A stretch of 59,255 nucleotides of DNA, counting the filler, from Basidiobolus ranarum (Eukaryota): the NCBI GenBank assembly GCA_040143965.1. It is 11 parts of 11 records of this genome, joined end to end, with 100 filler letters (N's around TTAATTAATTAA, not from the genome) between each part and the next. Parts side by side here need not be neighbours in the genome. Positions count along the whole stretch, not along the records: positions 48,580 to 53,868 come from JASJQH010008521.1; positions 53,969 to 59,255 come from JASJQH010008522.1; 9 more parts are not named here. The stretch is one strand, 5' to 3'. Within the stretch, counting starts at the first letter, position 1. Each line of letters opens with the position of its first letter. The position numbers were made by a program, and so were the translations under genes. The notes under the pieces were generated by a model that was not told the DNA's origin, searched no databases, and worked only from the letters and a program-made list of their open reading frames with translations. Shown piece by piece: positions 49,372-59,255 of the stretch.

Positions 49372-52300
49372 TTAGGAGCGTCTTCTACTAGAAGTTCGTC
49401 TTTTAGACATAACGAACTGATGACTATGTAACAATTGGTTAGTAATGACAGTGGCTTGGGGTAGACTTTATCGTGACTTACTTTTCAAAATCCAGCTCTT
49501 GTCGTAGAGCACCGATGCTCACAAATTCTGTTAGGTATACGGGAAATCCTTCTTTCGATATCTGAGTACATTCTTTAGCGTCCTGTTCAGTACCAATTAC
49601 AATGAAATCAGGTGGCTTCGTGGTAGATGGAGATGAAGGCAACACTGAAACTAGCTAATAATTACATATAAAAAGTTGAGATTGGAAAAGTTGATGTATT
49701 GGAATAATGACTACACGAAGTACCTCTGCACCGGCGACCTCAGCAATTTCACGTATTCCTGCGTTCACTTTTTTAGTGGTGAAAACTTTGATGCCTTTCA
49801 TGAGGGGAAAATGCCTAGCACGCATCAAGCTTTCTGATAAACGGAAATCATATTGCTTTTCTGCATTCGTATCGATAAGCTCGAAGTCGGTTTCATCTAA
49901 CATACATAAAGTTATCTTGAATAAAATATATAAACAGGATAATTCCAAACCAACTTCCTTACCAATAAAATGCTTCTCTATCAGAGATCTATCAACCCAT
50001 TCAGGCGATACTATGGGTTTACCAGAGCAAAGTCCACAAAGGAATTTGCTAGTTCGCTTGATATTTGTGGCAACAATATGAGTGGCATTTTTCCACGATT
50101 CCTCCATAGTCCCACCAAGCTGTTCCACACACTTCTCAAGGTAACGATTACTAAACATAGTAATTTACCAAATAGTGTCAGGGAGCTTACCTTAGCCTTG
50201 GACGGATCTGTAAAACCGGTAAACACTACTCTTGGCTTGCTAATCGAGCATGGCAGTAGCGAGCCAAGTCCGGCATACATAGACTTCCTCTTACTACGGC
50301 CAGGATACTTTCGAGACCCATTTTCGTCTTCAAAGGATGAGTCCAAATTGGAAGCCGAGGTGTTCAGACTGATTTAAATAAATGAAATATTAGAAATTCA
50401 TATACAATGTACTTAGCAACTGACTAACTTTTGCTTTCACCAATTACCTCGAAGTCTCCGCTGCTTTAACAGGCTGTTCCACTACGATTGTAAGCTCTTT
50501 TTTTAAATCAGGAGAGTCCACTTGATTATCTCTTTTTCCACGCGATCTAGCGTCTTTTGTTTTCAGCGCTTCATTTTTTGATGATGCTCTGTTTTTGGCA
50601 TTGCGTTTTGAAGGGATCTTATCAGGACTTGGTGCACACTTCTCTGCAATTTCTGAACTCTCAGCAAGCTCTAATGGTACTGACAGGTCCACTTTGATTC
50701 TCTCTTTCCCTGAATTTCTTGGTTTTTTCGAAGTCATTTCCTTAGCATCTTCCTTTCCTCTTTTGCTACGTTTGTTTCCACCCGTTACTGAAGGGAGCGA
50801 AACTTCCTTGAGTTCTTCATGATCAGTGTCTGTATTAGTTTTCTTTGGCTTTCTACGAGTAAGAGATACTACGGGACTCAATTTTTCATTTTCGATAGGA
50901 TTCATATGGTTTATGGGGGAAACTCTTTCTACACTTTTTGATTCTTGCATTGGTTCGAGATCGGAATCATCGGTGGATGAATCCTCCTGTATAATAAGTC
51001 GCTTAGCACGAGCAGGGTTCCTTCTGGCAGGGGCTTTAGACCTATCCGTTGAATTTCTTTTGTCTTGCCTATGACCCACAGGACTGCTTTTCAACAACTT
51101 CGGGCTGTTCTCAGTACTTTTGGACGAGATATTTTCTGCAGGAGACGAATTGATGTTGCTTTCTTGAGTAGTATTCATTGTAGGCGGATTTGGCTCCAAA
51201 TCCCCCAGAATCTTATCCAAACTGGGAAATGATTCGGAAGTAGTATCTGTCCCATCGTCATCGTCTGAATCTATAACATACACGATGTACCCGTGTTAGA
51301 ACATGCGCCAACACCCGGTGGGGTTCTTCACGGGGAATAAATCCAATGACTCTACCTTGGATCCGTGGAGGTGGCTTCTTACCTCTGGATGCAGTGTTTC
51401 TGATCATGCTTTCAATTGCTTAATAAAGAAAAGAATCTATATCAGACAAGTTACAAATGGTATATCACATGTACGAATACAAACAATTCTTATCGTTTTC
51501 GAATGGAATCACTGATGAGAGGGATTGTTTCCACCATAAATGAACGTGTAAGTTTTAAGAGAACATTAATAGATTAAAACGAAGCGTCACTTGCCACTCG
51601 GTAGAGTCTCCTGTCGACTCATGGGCTGGTTTAAGAGAGGTTTAATGGATTGGGTTCGTGGAATCATATTTTACAAGAATCACATACTTGTGTGGGGGCA
51701 GTTTGGTGACCTTCTTCTTCATAATCTATGGTTGTATCACTTGCATCTGGCTCATCGTTTAATGGCAGTGTGGGTTCAATCTCGTCATGTTTAAGAAATT
51801 CAGAATCGCTCATGGGTATCGTAGCAACAGTGTGGGCTTCAATCTCCATAGGAACTGTGTCTGGTTTTGCTTTGTACAGAAAGTTAAGTCAAATTTGTAG
51901 TAAGGATGCCTATGTCCAACATGAAATTACTTACTGAGGTATGATAATCGGATGGAGTCTTCTTCGGAATTTTCTTCATCTGAAGGTTGTAAAAATTTGA
52001 AAGAATTGTTGACCTAAACAAGGTTTTACTACGTCACGGCGCACGAATATATGTATAATCCAGATAGTAACAAATCTCTTACTGTAGATGATTCTGAACC
52101 GTTTTATAAAACTCATTGATTAGCAAGGGAAGCAGGGTGCACGTATTCTATAAACTTACGTTGACCAGGGAGATTCATTAAATCCTCCTCCTCCTCATGT
52201 TGCTCTAATATTTGATATCTATAGACTAGTGGTCCCAGGGTAATTTTACGTCCAGTCAAAAGTTGATACTCTCTACCAGCGCGTAAGCTTTTCTCTCCAA

Positions 52301-52708
52301 AACGGATCAAATCTTGTGCTGGGCTTGAAATAAAATGCTCGCCAAACTCGATATCTACTTCGTATTAAGCGAAATAATTGAGAATAATAAAACAATGATG
52401 GTTAATGAGGGACTCTATTGCTATAGGCATTTGTTTCAATGTAGAGAACTAAAGCAAAGAAGGGAATAGAAATAACGTGTACCAAAGCGTGCGTGTATGG
52501 GTGCTATCTCTGGAAGTTCCACTCTCACTGTGCATAACTCACTTCGCCCTAAAGTGGTAATTCCTGTGTATAATAATATCTCTTTCGGTCCTAACACTGA
52601 CTCCGTTTGTAATTTAGCCAAAGGCTTTTGAAGAAATCAATCAGCTCTTGATAAATCTACCACTCAGCTGGAATCGAAATGGATATATACCTTGTTCGAG
52701 CTTTTCAT
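49372..52708 (-). CDS. FHA plus tandem BRCT protein, MDC1/Mdb1-like DNA damage mediator, multi-exon
   Basis: N-terminal GITTLGRSELCTVRVELPEIAPIHARF (FHA-like), long acidic/basic disordered middle, PRVVFTG...LGG...ATHIVATNIKRTSKFLCGLCSGKPIVSPEWV...EKQYDFRLSESL...GALRQELDF. Confidence 0.82.
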
Positions 52709-53356
52709 CTCTCGTTTATTTCCTTAAAATCTATTAATCCGCTGAGAGTGATTCTCGGTTTGGCGAAAGTTAGAAAGCTGATAAAGCTTAGATGAATTGA
52801 AGGTACAAATTAGTCAACCTTGATGGGTTTATTTTGTTTATTTTTTGGTAGGGAAAGTGATTTATTTGAGATGATTAGCACTAATACTCCAACATGGACT
52901 AATGATACCCAGCAGATATAGATTCTCACATGAAAGTAAACGAATCATGAAATCAGTATATTTTGTTGCTGCCGAATAAACCCAGATTATACATATCAAA
53001 TCTAATGCATCACAGACAAGGCTAATTTCGACAGATTTACCAATCAATGATGCTCCAACCTTCATATATTTGAAAATAGGACTTCTTGAAAGATTTATGA
53101 GTTTTATTTCTGGAAGATCTTTTAATAAATTAGCCCTTAAAAAGAGGCAAAGCTTGTATATCTTTTTAACTTCGATTTAGTGTTTACTCTACTAATCTAG
53201 CTGCCTGCGATATAAAATACAACGACTGGTGCAGAGGTGTACAGTTTCATAAATGAGTACATTTGCGTATCAGGCGATTAAACTTATTTAGCCCAGCTGT
53301 GTGTTTAATTACTTATATATGGCATAATTGACTCTCTTTATGATCGAAAACCCCTA

Positions 53357-53445
53357 ACTTTCCACTCAATGAATCAATAAGTAAAAGCCATCAATTCTTT
53401 CGAGTTCTCCAAGCCACTTCCAACAACTCCCAAAATACTTCAATA
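53357..53445 (+). mobile_element. Diverged family A LTR 3' remnant
   Basis: Similar to 43210-43297. Confidence 0.65.
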
Positions 53446-53745
53446 GGGATCTTGCACTATTCAGAAGGGACCTTAGGAAAAGCTTGGATTTGAAATTAAT
53501 TTTTTGCATTGTGAACACATGTCCAATGTTTCTTGGAGTCTTTGAAGATTACAAACATGAGTATTGTTATGGAAACTAGCAGCTTGTTTTAAAGGACTTC
53601 TGCCATCAAATAGGTGAATCTACTATTACATACTACTATACTTCCAAAGTACACATGTTGGTTACATACTAGTACTTGTTCTTCTAAACTCTAGTATGCT
53701 AGGCTCAGAGCAATAGTGAGTTATGATTTTCAGCCATATTGAAAT

Positions 53746-53868
53746 TGTTGAAATTAACATTGCCTAAACACCTATATAGTCATATATAGCTTAGTACTTA
53801 GTTATCTTATAATTCACTAAGATATTATCCATTATTCTCATAAGGAATTTACTTAGAAGTTCTCAGAT
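53746..53868 (+). mobile_element. Family A LTR 5' part, cut by the contig end
   Basis: TGTTGAAATTAACATTGCCTAAACACCTA matches the reverse complement of the 12245 LTR end. Confidence 0.9.
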
Positions 53869-53977
53869 NNNNNNNNNNNNNNNNNNNNNNNNNNNNNNNN
53901 NNNNNNNNNNNNTTAATTAATTAANNNNNNNNNNNNNNNNNNNNNNNNNNNNNNNNNNNNNNNNNNNNACTAAATAA

Positions 53978-54064
53978 TGTTGACTAACTAATATGTGATA
54001 TATGAAATAGTTAGGTGTATAAAGATAGGGATAACATATATGATAAAGATAATAAACTTCAACA
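53978..54064 (+). mobile_element. 87-bp mini-LTR, family D, copy 2
   Basis: TGTTGA...AATAAA...TCAACA with terminal inverted repeats; matches 14802-14888. Confidence 0.75.
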
Positions 54065-54362
54065 ATATATAGCTTAGTATTTAGCTATTTCATATTGCAC
54101 TAAGATATCACTCATAATTCTCAATCGGAATATACTTAGAATATCTTTACCAACTTAGAAGTTCTCAGATATATAGATTTTTCAAACTTGTGCTAGCAGC
54201 CCCAAACTTTGCACACATATTCCTAGGACTTTCCTTAACACATTCTATACGTTAGTTTGCTTACATCTCGACAAAACTATAAATGTCAACTTAATAAATG
54301 AAAACCACCAATTCTTCTAGTTTGACAAATCACTTCCAACAAACTCCCAAAGCACTTTAACA
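54065..54362 (+). mobile_element. Family A LTR lacking its first ~35 bp
   Basis: Homologous to ~13720-14031; no PBS follows. Confidence 0.9.
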
Positions 54363-56049
54363 GTAGGATTATTATAGTATATAGACAATAATAACTAATC
54401 CTGGCCAATCCAGCAGTAGGAAAAGACAGCATGGTTTGAGATGATTTCACTTTCTTTCGTTGATTTAGTGGCAGATTCAACGTTGACAATAGCTCTCTTG
54501 TTATATTTTACTGTACGCCAAGTGCTGAAATGATTCTATTATAAATATGCCAAACAACTAGATCTATGTAGTACACACTGTCTATTTAGAAGAAAAAAGC
54601 AATAGATTAAAGAGTATTTCATGTTTGTTCTCAGAGTTGGGAAATCAATAGCAAAAGCCTTGAATTAGCTTTACACCTTAATGCAATAGCAAAGTTCATA
54701 TCCTAAGTTACGCTTGATACATGCTGATGTTAACGTTTTGACTGAGGCATATCTACAGCATATCTGGGTATATCCAAAGACATTGTAGAATCTTCAAAAT
54801 GTTTGGCTGTGGGCGTTGTCAATTATTACATCTCCGGATGCTTTCATTATACATAACCAGTTTCCCTCTGATATTACATTTCCAGGTAGATCAAGTTTAC
54901 GCCAAATGATCACACATCTGACCTACTATTGATAAATCTAATGTTTCATTGGTTTGCAAGTGGTACCGTAATTTTCTCTACAAACACTGATTTATGTACT
55001 AGGGTGAATAGATCTGACCCGACAATGCTAGCAATTGATGCTGCAATTAGCATAGCATTTTCATACATAACTACAAGATTGACATGCCGATTAGTTTGGA
55101 TACCTGGATACTTGAAAGCTCTCTAGAGTTCAAGACTTGATTGGGGAATGTACTGCTTATTTTTAGATATCATCAGAGTGCTGTCAGTGTTTCGCCATTA
55201 CCATTATTATATTTCACATCTACTCATACAGTAATCTCTCTCCAAATGGTAAGATATACGTTCTTCTCCCATGAAGTTGCCTATTAGGAGCAACTACAAG
55301 ATTCTATACTGGTTGCTTTGATTGCTTAATTGCGTACCAGCCTCCAAATTGTAATATCGTATCTGCATTGCTGGTGAATGTGTGGAACCAATTTGAATAG
55401 AAGATTCAATGCATAGGACATCGCCACCGACCTTAATGGCTATCAACTCATGAAATGTAACCTCGGCTACCTGTGAGTGTGCTCATTAAATCTTACCGGT
55501 ATATCAATCCCCATGTTACTTCTTTTACATCACCACATACGTATTGACCAAACCAGAATGACAAAAGGCTCCTGGACACTCATAGGAAATGTGAATAAGA
55601 AAATGCGTTATCATGTGGTAACAGTTCCTGTACATGTCATACAGTGGAACAGCTCGAAAACCAGAATTTGAAGTGTTAGCGGGGTATATCTTCAATTGCA
55701 CCCTAAATATCCCACGGAGCCGCGAGTATACCAATACAAGTTATGATCAATGCTTGACAATAGATCAGATTCAAACTTCAATACTGATTCAAAAGATAAA
55801 AAGCCTAGCTCTCTGTGGCAAGCTAATATCACTCATGCACATGAAAATATACAGTTGAAAAACTCAATCGACATCAGACAGCTACTAATGAAATGCTAGC
55901 CATATTAGCACAAAGACCAATATGGCCACTGTTATATAGCCTACTCCATTCAGCGATAATAAAACCCCTCCCCACAAAGATTCGGATGGAAAAACTCCAT
56001 TCACTACTCATTTCATACTCCACCCTCCTGCTCAAGATAAGTTGGATTA

Positions 56050-56700
56050 ATTAGAAATAACTAGTCCCAAATATGCACCGGTTCCAATAGAATTGAAAAC
56101 TCAGTCTTGCACTACATTCGCCACTATTGTAGGTAAATTAAGAATGCTACTTATGGTACCCTCCGCTACTTGGGAAATCTTCTTATCAAGAGGTAAGTTC
56201 CATTAAGAGAATTCATAATAACTCCTTCAGAACCAAAGAAGCTTTAGAAGCAGCGAATATGGTATATTTCGACCAAGTTAGCCATGGCAGCAAATTGAAG
56301 CCGCGATATTCCTGATCAAGGAAATATGGTGTACTCTAGAGATGAATACAGGGTATCAATCCATTGTCTCTGAGATGTTCATCGTTCAATTTCGGACATT
56401 ATTTTCTAAATACTAGGGGTGTTCAGACTTCCGTATTGTTTCTCACTTGGTTAGGATAAATGGAGGAGTTTCGAACGGAACTTTATTATCCATTTTACCG
56501 AATGCAACCTTGTATCTCCTCTCTGTATTATCCAGTCCATATGCTACCGTTAATTACCATGCACATAAATCCCAATGGTTTCCTCATCGACGTGAATATA
56601 TACCACCAATCAAAACCCCGATATCCATTTCTCTGTAATTTCTATTCCGAACTGTTGGATTTTCTGGGGACTCATTTGAAATGGTGAAGATAACTCAGTA
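56050..56700 (+). mobile_element. Degenerate LINE RT relic
   Basis: FDQVSH (FDxVxH-like) followed by RINGGVSNGTLLSILPN (GVxQGxxLSP-like). Confidence 0.35.
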
Positions 56701-57526
56701 AAAAGCCCAAAGTGCTTATTTGCCTTTTAAGGGAGGGGAAAGACTATGATTTGATAAGAAAATAATTTCTTCTCCCACTTATCCTAGATTTGTATCACCA
56801 ACGAGAAGGGATTGGATTGATTGGATAGCTTCCTATCTGCCTTGAACCAATTAAAAAATAATGATCTTCCTTCGAAATTTTCCAGTAACTTTTTTGCATT
56901 TCGGATTCAGATAGGATAACATGTTCTTGGGTGTACAGTAGCTCATCGTAACACCTGCAATGGAAGGATGGGCTAAGTAGACGGAATAACTTTCAGAACT
57001 GTATGCAACATAAATAGAATGCTGTATGTATGTACATGTTTGCGAACAAGTACACTGCAGCAACTGTGGCTGCGATGTGACGTGATGACGATGACTAGTT
57101 CCCCTGAAAATTCTGCTCAATTACATACGATTCATTTTCTTCATTTAACTCAAATGGTTTTTTTATTCAGGAAATAGTTTTCTTGGTAGTTACGTGAAAA
57201 CTGTTGTGTGGTTTGAGGTTGGTGAGTGAATGTTGGAAGGCTACCCGGGAACATCACCCCCCATGGAATAAGAGAGAATCATGCTGTACATTCTTTTTAT
57301 ACATACAAATAAAGTGTGGTGTGTGATTGTGGTGTGTGTGTGTGTGGTCAAAAACGATGAAGGGAAACTAGTGGAAATACTAATGGCATAGAGCAGAAGG
57401 CCAAGATTTCAAGCTGAGAACCAGGGTGAAAATGAAGAGAAACGGTGCAATAATAAGTTATTAAAGAAGCTAAAGGTCTTATAGTAGTCTAAATCGATCA
57501 AATCTGGCTTTCTTAAGAGAAAAGCT

Positions 57527-58003
57527 TTAGTAAAAAGCCTCTTTTATGACTACCAAAAACATCGCAATCCCACAGTATTTGGCAGCACTAAACATAATAC
57601 CTTGCGTTTGTTTGGTAGGTAAAAAACTACTGAGCCAGTTCACTAAATGCTCGTTGACCTGGGGTGAATTCTTACGCTTCGAAAGGTAATAGTCAAGCGA
57701 CTTTGAGGCCTCTCGTCCTTTTAAAAGACGAAGTTGGATCAGTCCTTGATCAATCGCGTGAGTGTGGATACTTCTGAAAGGGTTGGCTTTAGGGGGAAGA
57801 GCGGCGCTATCGAATGAGGTGGAGTTTGTGAGCAAAAACTGTAGATCAGATTTTGTTGCGAATTCAGCGTCAGCCCTGCTAACCATCAAGTAGCCTTGAC
57901 TTGGCTGGTAACAAGAAGCTAAGATTAGGAGTGGAAGAAGAGCCAAACATAACAAGGGTAGGTAGGTGTGTGGAGCGGAATTTAAAGCACGCGCGGCTGA
58001 CAT
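57527..58003 (-). CDS. Hypothetical 158-aa protein with N-terminal signal-like and C-terminal hydrophobic segments
   Basis: Single-exon ORF with LPLLCLALLPLLILASC and YCGIAMFLVVIKEAFY; TATATA ~200 bp upstream. Confidence 0.6.
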   Translation of the reverse strand: MSAARALNSAPHTYLPLLCLALLPLLILASCYQPSQGYLMVSRADAEFATKSDLQFLLTNSTSFDSAALPPKANPFRSIHTHAIDQGLIQLRLLKGREASKSLDYYLSKRKNSPQVNEHLVNWLSSFLPTKQTQGIMFSAAKYCGIAMFLVVIKEAFY

Positions 58004-59255
58004 GATTTGTAGAGTAAAGGATAGAATAGAGCGGCGGTTGAAAGTTGGAGCTGCTCAAGTTTATGAGTTGGGTCGAATTATCACAGAGTATAAAGAATGA
58101 TTACTATAGAAATTGTGAAAGAAGAGTGAGAGGGATGAGAAGGAGGCTAAGAAACCGCTTATGCGGACAAGGAACTCGATCAAGTCTCAGCGGCTAGGTG
58201 ATATATAATATGAGGCCAACCCCTTCATCCACCAAACCACCTAATATTTAAGGTAAACTCAGCTGGGATTTACCAAATCCTTATTCTCGTATTTTACCAG
58301 CCCACTTCCTCTTAATTATATACAATAGAATAGAAATAAGATGAAAATCTGGTATGTTACATTGTACCCTAATTTACACCAATGACCATTGATGAAGTAA
58401 TATTACAGATATAGTGATCCATTACGTGAATAGTTGTGCGCACACCTCGGCATATATCTATTTTGTTCCTAATGTGGAATGAACATTGTCTGAGCCAATG
58501 GGATACACAGTCTGCATCCCACTTTTAACACGACAAAACCGAACATGAGATCTTCCTAACTCCTCCACTCATAAGCTTTTAAGCTTAGCAAGTCCACATC
58601 TGATTTTTAGCAAGACTGATTGGAGTTATGGCCAATGATTTACTCGGGTTGTGTTTGTACTAAGCATTCTGTTGTTTTCTCTTCAGCTAAGCCTAATGTA
58701 CTGGTGAGTAGAGTTGGCTGAGATCCCGAATGGGATCATAGAATAGGTATCTAAATGGAAGTCTTCGGATGATGCATTTGATACCAATATTATTCTTGAG
58801 CAACATTCGCCTGCATTGTGGTAAATTATGGTCTAAACATCCGGGTTAGCACTGCATCACTTGCTTGGCGGTGTTTACATGTAGAAGGAATAATTGATGG
58901 TGAGTGGAGTTTAATTCAACACCCAATCGATAGCAGGCGCAAGAACAGAGACTCCGACTGTACTGGGCTTAGTTTTCTCATGCGCATCACTCTTGGCCAG
59001 CAGGAGGCGCCCTGATAGTAGCTGAGGTTTATAGCTGGGTTTGGAAGGAATACATATCCTGTATTAGGTGGATTAATAATGTTGATGCGGTTCCAATGAT
59101 AACGTCTAACATTAATTCATTTATGAAGTGGAGAGCAAAGCGGCATCGTCACAGCCCAACAAATTCTTGTTTAGCTTACGACATCTGTAGTAGTCACTAT
59201 TAACGCATATCTGATTAGTTATTGGAGAATTAAAACCACTCACCCCAAAACCTTA

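Overview
This is not a contiguous locus. It is 11 unrelated contigs of 5305, 5304, 5302, 5300, 5297, 5296, 5294, 5291, 5290, 5289 and 5287 bp, sorted by decreasing length and joined by 100-bp N-TTAATTAATTAA-N spacers, so adjacency across spacers has no biological meaning. The DNA is eukaryotic, AT-rich, with short GT-AG introns. Gene content suggests an early-diverging fungus (Zoopagomycota/Mucoromycota-like; inference only). Host genes: animal-type mitochondrial glutamate dehydrogenase (partial), stomatin-like protein 2, KAE1 (3' part), TIM9, an Rpr2/Snm1-family protein resembling RMP24/C18orf21, complex I B14.5b subunit, steroid 5-alpha-reductase, Khd4/Mug60-like KH protein, bestrophin, formin (3' part), carnitine acetyltransferase (3' part), an FHA plus tandem-BRCT MDC1/Mdb1-like protein, a WD40 pseudogene and three unassigned ORFs. 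Much of the rest is decayed, nested retroelements: at least three Ty1/copia LTR families, an 87-bp mini-LTR, Ty3/gypsy relics and LINE relics. The most notable signals are near-total CpG loss in LTR-element DNA, Ty5/copia-type primer sites matching the tRNAiMet anticodon arm, a LINE RT fragment fused onto a formin exon, a heptad-repeat orphan ORF, and a gag stop codon shared by two diverged copies. I found no complete novel multi-gene system. All calls come from manual translation and motif recall, without database searches.
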